Source: Candidatus Thalassarchaeaceae archaeon (GTDB lineage Archaea; Thermoplasmatota; Poseidoniia; MGIII; CG-Epi1). From it: a stretch of 49,639 nucleotides of DNA. Positions 19,501 through 28,662 of the stretch are shown piece by piece. The notes beneath the pieces are model-generated. The model was not told the DNA's origin. It saw nothing but the letters and a program-made list of their open reading frames with translations, and made no database searches. Position numbers and translations under genes: made by a program. The stretch covers positions 1-49,639 of the forward strand of contig CAUZDT010000003.1 of assembly GCA_963578705.1 (NCBI GenBank). Reading direction: 5' to 3'. How positions within the stretch are numbered: position 1 is the first letter of the stretch; every line of letters begins with the position of its first letter.

Positions 19501-22500
19501 CGTACGATGGCTTGGTAGTCGAAATCTCGGAAGACGCTGGTGACAGCTGGAGCCCGATTGCACCGGTTGACGGCTATGGCAACGCGATTTACAATTACGC
19601 CTACTACCAGAATCCACTGCGTGGCCAGCAAGGGTTCACCTACTACGGCAGCGCAGGCAGCAGCTTCAGCTACTCCCCCTCACCCGCACCGTGGGAGAAG
19701 GAGACCTTCGACCTGACCCCCTACGTGGGACAGGATGATGTCCGCCTCCGCTGGCACCTCGGCTGGTCCTCCGTCTCCTTCGGCTATCCGACCTACGGCT
19801 ATTCCAACGCGTTCTACCGACTGGACGACATCTACATCACCGGCCTGGTCTTCAACGACAACGTCGCGGTGTCCGCTATTGACATAGTCGACCCCATCCC
19901 GGTTGACAGCACGCCGACTATGGCAACCACTGCGCTCAACGCGGGCATCAACTCCCAGATTTCCGGCAAGACCAAGGTCAAGATGACTATCGGTACTGAA
20001 GCTGTTACCAACGTATTTGCCGAGGACCACGAAAGCTACACCTCCACGAGCAACCCCTGGAGCGCGAGCTACGGTCAGGAGTCCGGCTCACCCTACGGCT
20101 CGAACTACCCCTGGGGCGATAACCCCGGTTTCGTCTTCCCCGCTAGTGACGCCAGTTCCGGCAACAATGCCTGGGGCCCTGACCCGGCCAGTGGCGAGTT
20201 CGAGATGTACTACGGCGGCGGCGAGGGTATGCTGGTCAGCGATTCGTATGACCTTACCTCGGCGCCCAGCGACGCTATGATGGTCATGACCCACCGCTAC
20301 AACTGGGACCTCTATAGTGGCTACCCGACCTACAACGGTGGCCTAGTGGAGATATCCACCGACGACGGTGATAGCTGGAATACCATCGCTCCCGTAGGCG
20401 GTTATCCGGGCACCATGTACAACTACGCCGGCTACGGCAACCCGCTCTACGGCAAGGCCGGCTTCGTCGGCTGTTCTTCCTGTCCCGGCGATGGGGCTGC
20501 CGAAGCTGACGAAGACGAGTGGATAGATTCCACCTTCGACATGGCCGACTACCTCGAAGATACGGTCAAGTTCCGCTTCCACTTTGGTATCTACCATTAC
20601 AAGTGGCCCGGCGAGGGCGAGCACTGGTATATTGACGACCTGAACATAGTTGGTACTGACTTGGCTGACATAGTCTACCAGGACATCATCGAGGTATCAG
20701 GCGCAGGGACCGGCGGGGCCTTTGCCAGCGGCGAGTCCAAGGACATGGAGTGGACCTACCACTTCATCACTCCCGGCCAGTACAAGCTGCGGGTCGAGAT
20801 CTGGATTGACGGCTACGTAGATGAAAACGGCGACTCCGCCACGGACGAGTTCCCCTCTGACAACATGCGTGAGACCTCGCGCGAGACCATGTTCACCGTA
20901 GCATACACTGGTGCTGAGGCCGCAAAAGAGTGTAACGACTGCCTCTACAATGGCATCGGCGACCTCTATGAGGACGGTTGGTCAACCGCCCTCGTGCAAG
21001 GCAAGGCCGAGTGGACCACTCAGGCCTCCACGGTCAAGGCTGGCAACTATGCCTGGTGGGGCGGCGACGACATCTATGGCACTGCCTACGAAGGCGATGA
21101 TACCTGGCTCAGGTCACCCTCCCTTGACTTGGAGCAGGCGGTTTCGGCCAAGATGGTCTTCCAGCACCAGTATGCCTACTACGCGTACGTTAGTACCTAC
21201 AGCTCCACCTTCTATGATGGTGGCAACGTTGCCACCTCAACCACTGGCTCTGGCAGTGGGTCTTGGAGCCCAATCAGTATGTCCTCGGGCGACCTGTATG
21301 GCGGCGTAGTCTGGGACTACCCCTACTACGGCAATCCAGTCCGTGGACAGATGTCGTTCGTATCCTCCTCCCCCGGCTGGGTCGAATCGCAGGCGCGGCT
21401 GGACGCGTACACCGGTACCGGCATGGACGACGTCACAGTTGGCTTCCACATGGGTGGCACCTTCGTCAACTGGGATCCGACTTGGTTTGTTGACGAAGTC
21501 GGCATCTATGCGCTCGGCTTCGACGTCAAGCAGACCTCCTCCAACATGCCCTGGAAGCTGGAGCTGGGCGAGAGTACGACCATCACTACCAGCTTCAAGA
21601 ACGTGGGGCTGGGCGACCTGGGCCCTGATGGCTCGGTCACCGGCACTGATGTCTACGCCTACGTTACCGACATGGATGGCAATACCGTCTGGAGCGATGC
21701 CGCCTACTCCATCTCCAATCTGGCGATGGCGGCAGAGACGGGCGTCTTCAGCATAACCTTCCCGGGCCTTAGCACTGCCGGCATGTATACTGTCGGCGTC
21801 AAGCTGACAGAGCCCGGCACCAGCAACACGCTGAAGGACCTGTTCAAGTCCAACAACGGTGCCAGCCACATGCTGCTGGTGGGAACCGAGCAGGACCTCG
21901 GCACCCCGATGCTGACCGGTGGCGAGAACTGGGCTGCCGCGACCGACGAACCCGCTGCTGTAAGCGACGGCGCTCTGAGTGTGAGTTGGGATGAGACCGA
22001 TGTAATCACCCAGGATACTGCGGTATCCATCCTTGGACAGGCCAACGGCTTCAGCCCCGGCTACGTCGAGGTGGTGCTGGGTACTACCATCACCTGGAGC
22101 AACAATGACGCCATCTCCCACACAGTCACTGACGTGGACGGCGACTTCGACTCGGGCACCATCACAACTGGCGGTAGCTTCTCGCTGACCTTCAACGAGG
22201 TCGGGACGTTCAGCTACTACTGCAGCTTGCACCAGCAAATGACGGGGCAGGTTGTGGTTGTCGCGGCGGCGGTCGCGACCGAGCAGGCGCGCACCAACTA
22301 CATGCCAGTCTGGAGTGACGATAGCTATCTGGTCTTCTGGGCTAACTACGACATGAGCGCCGGCAACGAGATTACTGTCTCGGCGCAGCGCCAGGGCTTC
22401 AGTTTTGAGAGCAGTGAGACCATAACGCTGTGGGGTCCCAACGGCTTCAATATCTACGACGGCCGTGAGCACGAAAAGGTGGGCAACTCGCTGACCGGCA

Positions 22501-23783
22501 ATTCGGATGGCGAGTATGTGCCCTACTACATCCACCTCGACAGTAAGAAGGTGAGTCTGAACTACAACCCGGTTGCGGGCAACCCGTATTCCTTCGTCTT
22601 CCAGGCTAAGGGACCGCTGGGCAGCGCCTCGATTGGCGGTATCAAGGTGGTCCGGACGCTCGACACTGGTTTCTTCGTTGAGAAGAGTGACCAGGCCAAG
22701 CGTACCTACACCATCTACCCCTCACTGGGCGTTGAGTTCACCTATTACGCCAAGAACATCGGGACGCTGGACAACGTGCTGCAGATAACCCCCAACCTGG
22801 ACACGGGCGACATTGGTTACAGCGCTGACGACTGGTCCATCTACCGCACAGTGACTGACGAAGCTGGTGCACCGGTGGCGACCACTAACGACGGCGAGAC
22901 TACCAACATCCCGATTCCGGCCAACGGGCAGGTGACCATCACCATCGCCATCTGGGCGCCTGAGTTCGACTGGACGGCCAACGAGCCGCGGGGCGGTCGC
23001 AGCCTGACCTTCAAGATGAACGTGTATGACGCCGGTTCCGACTGTGCTGCCGGTTCGCAGTGCAACACTTGGAACATGCCTTACTCGGCGTTCCTGGACA
23101 TCCCCAAGCCGGAGTTCGCACTGACAGACATCTCGGTAGATCGGATTGCGGTATTGGAGGGTGATAACGACGGCGTCACCGTCCGGGTTATGGCCGAGAA
23201 CCACGGTAACTATGCCCCCAACGCGTTCATCGCGTTCTACGTCCTTAACCAGGGCGAGGGGAGTATACCCTATGAGTTCCCGGACGGCATCAAGCGGGTG
23301 ACGCGCATCGGTGCGACTGAAATCCCGCGTATGGCACCCAAGGCCGTGCTCGAGAAACAGAAGGAGGTAGACTCCTCGGTCCGTACCTACTACGAGGCAG
23401 AGATAACCTGGATTGACCCATTCATCCCCGAAGCGGGAGCCAGCAAGGGTTCAGGCGGCGAATATTGGGACGTAACCGTGTTCGCCATCATTAACCCGGT
23501 GGTAATGGAGACTCAGGACATCGAGGCCTACCCCGACTACACCGACAAGGCCGCTTGCGAAGACGCAGGCTACTTCTGGCACCTCAAGGAGAGCCGCTGC
23601 GGCAAGCACAAGCACGAGGAAGCAGGTGACCTGCAGGACGACAACGTCATTAGCGGCACCGTATCGATCGTGCGTGCCTCCGACACCACCCCCTCTTTCG
23701 CACTTGGTCTGCTCGGGCTGAGCTTGGCGGCGCTACTGGCGTCGCTCGGTGTAGCCCTGCGCCGTCGCGAAGAAGACGCATAA
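16527..23783 (+). CDS. Giant Tyr-rich secreted surface protein (~2,420 aa): NIDO-like N-terminus, beta-propeller-like region, repeated jelly-roll modules, cupredoxin domain, C-terminal anchor
   Basis: Signal peptide ending AAA; repeated (S)xDxGxxW...Y...W...F-DL...VxxRW/F modules; H-C-H-M cupredoxin motif; tail PSF-hydrophobic-RRR; ATG 16527 follows AGGTG. Confidence 0.85.
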   Translation: MQETATESSLAWTARLVAFAVAVIMVTSTFVMLAPYAAAKTGGPDAGSYNFTDSTESDGKVSYSWIDITSSGTAAGITSDTISNSFDLGFSVTFYGEDSDEFWIGGDNGWLSLDKPSQSYAWIAYQMPYGTIAGTMLSAYWHDWIICNFGGNYGKVPDAEIYYEVQGTAPDRQLVVTFYKLSDWYECYYGTDYTDTTTFQIIVKENGDVIYQYEDAVFEQYYSFAPQRDVTVGIQGDGSTGLTYDYGVAGGSGGSDDSYNNMAILFYPPPPPDNELRLDNSYVPSPLSLAEQNTFTTEVNNRGANTQTNVDINAKVFSTKVNTVLDATFDDDEDGFVSSSSLGPDLWTRDVQDSQGSHASNYNYGDDHFNNGDTSDRSMSSGRKEGSIGGMFDDSARVHHDGTNLYVADRLHGQVWKFDSDNVATVLLTGLVNPLDVTADEDGNVYVLGRCSGTSYLWCTNTWVKKFGSDGTLLASGGSDIKYGMALTYYDGQVFALQVYYTAATTKVVILDASDLTTDGSFTYGNGKSRYYYWEDLDVDDDTGDIWMIWRHYSQSTLRKYTRGTDGSYSATTYTDCQFPGPGYLYYSSSIDVFDGAVYTSGYYYSSFYGGLKKISTTSCTWTTVMSQYGGGWNTYVGSIAMTSTHVYVSSLYTYREYYIYNANDKIGYYDLSDGELVATFGPSDAMLSHLISPSFDTSTAVGVTLKFKVSYWFFYRYEGAIFEASTDGGTTWTYVEEDKFIKGGYVTGINGNIYDYMNTPTDIVAKQAWTYYRTGGGYDPSCRQACGWQDVEVDLKEYAGYPDVKVRWTVGYNQYWYSYAWLYYNSYFRLDDVQVDLIDIDETFVDETKIVDSISYKEVVPVSFTPFQPSDNGLGAGDTVGVSITIINDFGDEDLSNNRYVTFREVKFVVFKDNFNDCDASDWLFGVDYSGGSEWSAASVDSKSPACSLDSGRKMDQVYPGDPWASTGNINLNLPVEAELTFEHSYYFYYTYDGLVVEISEDAGDSWSPIAPVDGYGNAIYNYAYYQNPLRGQQGFTYYGSAGSSFSYSPSPAPWEKETFDLTPYVGQDDVRLRWHLGWSSVSFGYPTYGYSNAFYRLDDIYITGLVFNDNVAVSAIDIVDPIPVDSTPTMATTALNAGINSQISGKTKVKMTIGTEAVTNVFAEDHESYTSTSNPWSASYGQESGSPYGSNYPWGDNPGFVFPASDASSGNNAWGPDPASGEFEMYYGGGEGMLVSDSYDLTSAPSDAMMVMTHRYNWDLYSGYPTYNGGLVEISTDDGDSWNTIAPVGGYPGTMYNYAGYGNPLYGKAGFVGCSSCPGDGAAEADEDEWIDSTFDMADYLEDTVKFRFHFGIYHYKWPGEGEHWYIDDLNIVGTDLADIVYQDIIEVSGAGTGGAFASGESKDMEWTYHFITPGQYKLRVEIWIDGYVDENGDSATDEFPSDNMRETSRETMFTVAYTGAEAAKECNDCLYNGIGDLYEDGWSTALVQGKAEWTTQASTVKAGNYAWWGGDDIYGTAYEGDDTWLRSPSLDLEQAVSAKMVFQHQYAYYAYVSTYSSTFYDGGNVATSTTGSGSGSWSPISMSSGDLYGGVVWDYPYYGNPVRGQMSFVSSSPGWVESQARLDAYTGTGMDDVTVGFHMGGTFVNWDPTWFVDEVGIYALGFDVKQTSSNMPWKLELGESTTITTSFKNVGLGDLGPDGSVTGTDVYAYVTDMDGNTVWSDAAYSISNLAMAAETGVFSITFPGLSTAGMYTVGVKLTEPGTSNTLKDLFKSNNGASHMLLVGTEQDLGTPMLTGGENWAAATDEPAAVSDGALSVSWDETDVITQDTAVSILGQANGFSPGYVEVVLGTTITWSNNDAISHTVTDVDGDFDSGTITTGGSFSLTFNEVGTFSYYCSLHQQMTGQVVVVAAAVATEQARTNYMPVWSDDSYLVFWANYDMSAGNEITVSAQRQGFSFESSETITLWGPNGFNIYDGREHEKVGNSLTGNSDGEYVPYYIHLDSKKVSLNYNPVAGNPYSFVFQAKGPLGSASIGGIKVVRTLDTGFFVEKSDQAKRTYTIYPSLGVEFTYYAKNIGTLDNVLQITPNLDTGDIGYSADDWSIYRTVTDEAGAPVATTNDGETTNIPIPANGQVTITIAIWAPEFDWTANEPRGGRSLTFKMNVYDAGSDCAAGSQCNTWNMPYSAFLDIPKPEFALTDISVDRIAVLEGDNDGVTVRVMAENHGNYAPNAFIAFYVLNQGEGSIPYEFPDGIKRVTRIGATEIPRMAPKAVLEKQKEVDSSVRTYYEAEITWIDPFIPEAGASKGSGGEYWDVTVFAIINPVVMETQDIEAYPDYTDKAACEDAGYFWHLKESRCGKHKHEEAGDLQDDNVISGTVSIVRASDTTPSFALGLLGLSLAALLASLGVALRRREEDA

Positions 23784-23787
23784 ACAG

Positions 23788-23824
23788 GCGCTCCGAGCGC
23801 TACGGGGGGCCTCCCGGAGGCCCC
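23788..23824. terminator. Two GC-rich hairpins downstream of the giant surface-protein gene
   Basis: GCGCTC-C-GAGCGC and GGGGCCTCC-C-GGAGGCCCC. Confidence 0.45.
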
Positions 23825-23874
23825 AACCCATGCCCTAGCGTGAGCCTTAACCGGCGGTGTGCTCGCCCCTGACG

Positions 23875-24747
23875 ATGAGCGTGCTCTCCCTGCTGCTGTT
23901 GTTGCTGGCAGCGGCGGTGCTGGTTGGCGGACTGCGCGCCTGGATGTACGCGGCGCAGGCGCTGGTGCTGGCCAACTTCGCACTCTTCGCGGCGTGGTGG
24001 CTGGCGGGTGCGCCGGTGGCAACCTGGCTCGAGCTGGGGTTCCGCCCCGGCTACCTGGCGCAGCCGGGGTTGGCGTGGGCGACGCTGCTTACCGCGCTGT
24101 TCCTGCACGCGGGGCCGCTGCACCTGCTGATGAACATGCTGGTGCTACTGCTGCTCGGCGCGCCGTTCGAGGAGCGTATCGGCACGCGGCGGCTACTCAT
24201 CGTCTTCTTCGCGGGCGGCCTGCTTGCGTCGCTCGTAAGCGGCCTGCTTGCGCTCTGGCAGGGCGAGGGCGGCATCCACATCGGTGCTTCTGGGGCGGTA
24301 TTCGCAGTCATGGGCGCCTTCGCGCTGCTCTATCCACGCGACGAAATCCCGATGTTGCTGGGGCCGCTGTTCCTGCCGCGGGTGCCGGTGATACTAGCGG
24401 CGCTGGTCTTCATGGGCGGCGAGACTGCCTATGTGGCGGCCGGCATCAGCGACGGCGTCGGCCATACGGCGCACGCCGCCGGCTTCATCGCCGGAGTATT
24501 CATGGCGCCGCTATTGCGGCCACAACCGCACACCGTCGCGGCGATGCCGGGGCTGGAGCATTTGCTGGCGCTGGAGGGCGCTGACGATGAGTTACGGCAC
24601 GCGATGGAAGCCGATGAACCGGAGCTGCGCGCGGCATGGCTGGAACGCTTCTGCGAGCGTGCGCGTTGCCCGGAGTGTGGAGCTGCCGTGAGCGCTACGG
24701 AGGACTGCGCGACCTGCCGTCCAGTCCTCTCTCAGGGATTGACGTAG
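23875..24747 (+). CDS. Rhomboid intramembrane serine protease with C-terminal Zn ribbon
   Basis: FLHAGPLHLLMNM, catalytic GASG, GHTAHAAGF; C-terminal CPECG...CATC. Confidence 0.92.
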   Translation: MSVLSLLLLLLAAAVLVGGLRAWMYAAQALVLANFALFAAWWLAGAPVATWLELGFRPGYLAQPGLAWATLLTALFLHAGPLHLLMNMLVLLLLGAPFEERIGTRRLLIVFFAGGLLASLVSGLLALWQGEGGIHIGASGAVFAVMGAFALLYPRDEIPMLLGPLFLPRVPVILAALVFMGGETAYVAAGISDGVGHTAHAAGFIAGVFMAPLLRPQPHTVAAMPGLEHLLALEGADDELRHAMEADEPELRAAWLERFCERARCPECGAAVSATEDCATCRPVLSQGLT

Positions 24748-26066
24748 AGCGTGTCGTAGAAAAGGATCATGAAGATGGTCGCGACGACGCAGGTAATCAC
24801 CATCACCGGCAGTCCCACCCGCATCCATTCGCCAGTCGTAATTTTGTGTCCGCCGCGCTCGCTGATTGAGACGGCCATCACGTTGGCGCTCGACCCGATG
24901 GGGGTCGCGTTGCCGCCGAAGCCGCACCCCATTGCCAGCGCCCAGAAGAGCGGTGTGGTGTTAATGTCGCCCTCGCTCAGCTCGCCCAGCTTGTGGATGA
25001 CCGGAATCATCGCGGCGGCGAAGGGAATATTGTCGATAATCGCCGACGCGATGGCCGAGACCCAGATGACCGCGACCGCCAGCATCAGCGGGTCCTCCGC
25101 GAAGGTGTCGAAAATCCAGCTCGCCAGCGCAGTGAGGTGGCCTACCCCTTCTAGGCCACCGACCATTGCGAACAGCCCGGCAAAGAAGAGCAGCGCCGGC
25201 CACTCTACCCTCTCGACCACATCGGGCAGGTCGGGCAGCGAAAGCGCAATCGCTAGCCCGGCACCGCCGAGGGCGATGGCCGAAATCTCCAGCTCGAGGT
25301 GGATTATCTCGTGTACCGAAAATGTCACAATCGTGAGTGCCAGCGCCGCCAGAGTGCGGTTCATCATCGACAGGTCCTTTACGGTGGCCCATTCGTCCTC
25401 CAGCAGCACCTCCTCCACATGCTCGGGCTTGGTTTCAATCCAGTCGCGGTAGTAGTAGCGCATGTACCCCATCGTCGCGACCCACGCCACCACCGTCAGC
25501 GGTGTCAGGTGCTCGATGAAGCTGTTGAAGGTGAAGCCGGTCGAGGCGGCAATCATGACGTTGGGCGGGTCGCCGACCAGCGTCGCGACGCCCCCCGTGT
25601 TCGACAGGATGGCCTCGGTAATCAGCAGCGGGATGGCACTGATTTGCAGCTTGTTGCAAATCTTGATGGTAACCGGTGCAATCAGGATAATCGCGGTGAC
25701 GTTGTCGATTACCACCGATATCAGCGTCGTGAAAGTTCCAAGGTAGACCACCAGCATCCACGGGTCGCCCTTCGAGAGCTTGGTCGCCTTGATGGCGATG
25801 AACTCGAAGAAGCCGCTGATTTCGAGCATCCCGGCGAAAATCATCATCCCCATCAGCAGCCCGATGACGTTGAACTCAATCGCGGCGAACAGGTTGCCTT
25901 CGCACTCGCCGTCAGTGCACCAGTCGAGCGTGCCGGTCAGCTTGCCAACAGCGAGCATCGCCACCGCCCCCATCCAGGCGGCGGTCGTGCGGTGCACGAA
26001 CTCGCCCAGGATGAGCACGAATGCTATAATGAAAATCAGTAGTATCAGCGCCGCTGCCAGAGTCAT
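24732..26066 (-). CDS. ArsB/NhaD (P-protein-like) ion transporter
   Basis: DNVTAI, SNTGGVATLVGDPPN, IDNIPF, GGNATPIGSSANV; about 12 TM helices. Confidence 0.9.
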   Translation of the reverse strand: MTLAAALILLIFIIAFVLILGEFVHRTTAAWMGAVAMLAVGKLTGTLDWCTDGECEGNLFAAIEFNVIGLLMGMMIFAGMLEISGFFEFIAIKATKLSKGDPWMLVVYLGTFTTLISVVIDNVTAIILIAPVTIKICNKLQISAIPLLITEAILSNTGGVATLVGDPPNVMIAASTGFTFNSFIEHLTPLTVVAWVATMGYMRYYYRDWIETKPEHVEEVLLEDEWATVKDLSMMNRTLAALALTIVTFSVHEIIHLELEISAIALGGAGLAIALSLPDLPDVVERVEWPALLFFAGLFAMVGGLEGVGHLTALASWIFDTFAEDPLMLAVAVIWVSAIASAIIDNIPFAAAMIPVIHKLGELSEGDINTTPLFWALAMGCGFGGNATPIGSSANVMAVSISERGGHKITTGEWMRVGLPVMVITCVVATIFMILFYDTLYVNP

Positions 26067-26097
26067 CGTCGTGGTGATTAAGCTGGCAGATAAAAGC

Positions 26098-28389
26098 CTA
26101 GGCCAGTCGCTCGGCGAGCGGCGTTTCCCACGCCGTGCGTAGCGCCGCCGGCGCGAGCGACAGTAGCGTTTCGCCCTCGCGGGTCACGCACAGTTCGCCG
26201 GCGGGCGCACCGAGCCGCACCGCGTGGTCGAAGCGCGCCGTAAAGCTGGCTTCGCAGCTCGGGGCGACCTGCACTAGCCAGCGCCCCGGGGTCTCGCTGA
26301 ATAGAGCCAGCATCGCGTCCAGCTCCGGCGGCAGCTCGACCGCTGCGCCCTGCCCCGAAAGGCACATCTCGGCCAGCGCCACCGCCAGGCCACCCGCCGA
26401 GAGGTCGTGGCACGCGACTACTTCGCCCGTCCCGATGGCCACGATGAGTGCTTCCATGCGCGGGACCAGCGTCGCGAAGTCGACCCGCGGCAGCGCACCC
26501 TCGGCACAGCCGAAGGTGCGCGAAACCAGACTGGCGCCCATTTCCGTTCCTGTCGGGCCGACGAGCCACAACTCGCCCTGCGGCTTGAGGTCGCTGGTGA
26601 CGCAGTTGCGGATATCCTCGACGATGCCGACTCCCATCAGTACTGGCGTCGGCGGAATAGCGCCTTGCGGGGTTTCGTTGTAGAAGCTGACGTTGCCCGA
26701 GACATACGGTACCCCCAGCGCCAGCGCGCCCTCCGCGAGGGCTTCGCACGCGGCGCGGAACTGGCCCATGATTTCAGGCTTCTGGGGATTACCGAAGCAG
26801 AGGCAGTCGGCGAGCGAGTCAATCCGCGCGCCGACTGCGGCGAGATTGCCGCACACCTCGGCAATCGCCAGCAGCGTCCCCGCGCGGGGGTCAGCTTCCA
26901 TCAGCCAAGGGCTGATGTCGCTGGTCAGCGCCAGCCCACGCCAACTTCCCGGGACGGGTTTCAGCACCGCGGCGTCGCCCGGTCCTTCGTGGCCTACGGG
27001 GCCTTGCAACGGGTTCAGCGCAGTCGCGCCGCGCACCTGGTGGTCGTACTGACGAATAACCCACTCGCGCGACCCCATTTCGGGGGTCGCGAGCAGCGCG
27101 AGCAGCAGCGTGCCGAGGTCGGCAGGCCGTTTCAGCTCGACCGCTGCAGCTGCTGGTGGCTTCGGCTCGAGCGACGGCCGCCGGTAGGCGGGGCCGCCGG
27201 TCGTGAATTCCAGGTCGAGGTCGAGCACGGTCGTCCCGTGCCAGTCGACGCGCGTCCGCTTCTGCGGGACGACCTCGCCAATTTCAATAGCCTCGACATC
27301 CCACGCCGCGCAGCGTTCGAGCACCGCCGCGACCTTGTCGGGGCGTACGGTGAACATCATGCGCTCCTGCGATTCGGAGACCCAGATTTCCCACGGCGCC
27401 ATACCCGGCTGCTTGAGCGGCACCCGCTCCAGGTCGACGCGCGCGCCGCAGCCGCCGTCGAGCGCCAGCTCGCCGACGACGCACGAGAGTCCGCCGCCGC
27501 CAAGGTCCTTCATCCCGGTCAGCAGCCCGTCGCGGTTCAGCTCGAGGCAGAGGTGTATCAGCGGCTCCTTGGTAATCGGGTCGCCCAGCTGCACCGCGCC
27601 GATATCGCTCTCGGAGCCCGCTTCTAGCTCGCGCGACGCGAAGGTGACGCCGTGGATACCGTCGCGTCCCGTGCGGCCGCCGGCGAGGATGTAGATGTCG
27701 CCCGCCCCGCCAGCGCGGCTGTGAATCAGCTCGCTCTTTGGCATGATACCGATGCAGCCGACGTTCACCAGTGGGTTGCCGGTGTAGGCGGGGTGGAACG
27801 CCACCTGCCCTGCCACGGTCGGGATGCCGACACGGTTGCCGTAATCGCGGATGCCCGCTACGACGCCCTCCATCAGGTAGCGCGGGTGCTTGACGCCGTC
27901 GGGCAATTCGCTACGCGGGGTGTCCAGCTCCCCGAAAAACAGCGGGTCGACCAGCGCAATCGGCTGCGCCCCCATGCAGACCACGTCGCGCAGGATGCCG
28001 CCGATGCCGGTCGCCGCGCCGCCGTACGGGTCGAGCGCCGAGGGGTGGTTGTGCGATTCGAGCCCGACGGCGTAATAGTGGTCGTCGTCGAACTCCATAA
28101 TCCCCGCGTCCTCCCGCACGGCGACCTTGCGCGGCACGTCGAGGCCAAAGACGGTCTCCTCGAGCACGGGGCGCGACGACTTGTAGCTGCAGTGCTCCGA
28201 CCACGCCTGGTCAATCGCCTGCAGTTCAACGTCGGTCGGCACCCGCCCTTCGTCGCGAAAGTGGTCGCGTACCTTCTCCAGCTCCGTCACCGAGAGCCCC
28301 AGTCCCAGAGCCTCGCCCGTCGCCTCGAGGTCGCCGTCGAGCGGCACCGCGAACGCCTGTTCTGCGCCCGCTAGCGGCTGTAACCTCAT
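26098..28389 (-). CDS. purL: Phosphoribosylformylglycinamidine synthase subunit PurL
   Basis: WSEHCSYKSS, ESHNHPS, GAATGIGGILRD, DLGGGGL, SESQERM, SGNVSFYN. Confidence 0.97.
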   Translation of the reverse strand: MRLQPLAGAEQAFAVPLDGDLEATGEALGLGLSVTELEKVRDHFRDEGRVPTDVELQAIDQAWSEHCSYKSSRPVLEETVFGLDVPRKVAVREDAGIMEFDDDHYYAVGLESHNHPSALDPYGGAATGIGGILRDVVCMGAQPIALVDPLFFGELDTPRSELPDGVKHPRYLMEGVVAGIRDYGNRVGIPTVAGQVAFHPAYTGNPLVNVGCIGIMPKSELIHSRAGGAGDIYILAGGRTGRDGIHGVTFASRELEAGSESDIGAVQLGDPITKEPLIHLCLELNRDGLLTGMKDLGGGGLSCVVGELALDGGCGARVDLERVPLKQPGMAPWEIWVSESQERMMFTVRPDKVAAVLERCAAWDVEAIEIGEVVPQKRTRVDWHGTTVLDLDLEFTTGGPAYRRPSLEPKPPAAAAVELKRPADLGTLLLALLATPEMGSREWVIRQYDHQVRGATALNPLQGPVGHEGPGDAAVLKPVPGSWRGLALTSDISPWLMEADPRAGTLLAIAEVCGNLAAVGARIDSLADCLCFGNPQKPEIMGQFRAACEALAEGALALGVPYVSGNVSFYNETPQGAIPPTPVLMGVGIVEDIRNCVTSDLKPQGELWLVGPTGTEMGASLVSRTFGCAEGALPRVDFATLVPRMEALIVAIGTGEVVACHDLSAGGLAVALAEMCLSGQGAAVELPPELDAMLALFSETPGRWLVQVAPSCEASFTARFDHAVRLGAPAGELCVTREGETLLSLAPAALRTAWETPLAERLA

Positions 28390-28628
28390 TCCGCCACCAT
28401 GATGGAGTAATCGTGCACCACGGGATTGGCAAGCAGACGCCGGCACATGCGCTCCGCCTCGGCCAGCGCCTTGGCCTCGGGAAGCTCGAGCGAGACGCGG
28501 TAGCAGCGCGCCGACGCGACCGCCCCGACGGAGTCGAAGCCGAGCAATCCCAGTGCTTTCTGGACGTTGGCGCCCTCGGGGTCAGCCATCCCTGGCTTGA
28601 GTCCGACACGTATCTCAATCTCGGTCAT
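28386..28628 (-). CDS. purS: Phosphoribosylformylglycinamidine synthase subunit PurS
   Basis: LKPGMADPEG, LLANPVVHDY; overlaps the purL start. Confidence 0.95.
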   Translation of the reverse strand: MTEIEIRVGLKPGMADPEGANVQKALGLLGFDSVGAVASARCYRVSLELPEAKALAEAERMCRRLLANPVVHDYSIMVAE

Positions 28629-28662
28629 TGCGCCCCCATCGCAGGTGGATAAAAAGCGGAAC

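Noticed and set aside
23530-23605. Short Cys-pair motif YTDKAACEDAGYFW...SRCG near the C-terminus of the giant protein
   Set aside because: Looks like a small disulfide loop insertion; single copy and no supportable function
15340-23830. Possible genomic island integrated at tRNA-Leu
   Set aside because: No integrase and no duplicated tRNA 3' end seen; intervening genes (pdxT, ferredoxin) are housekeeping
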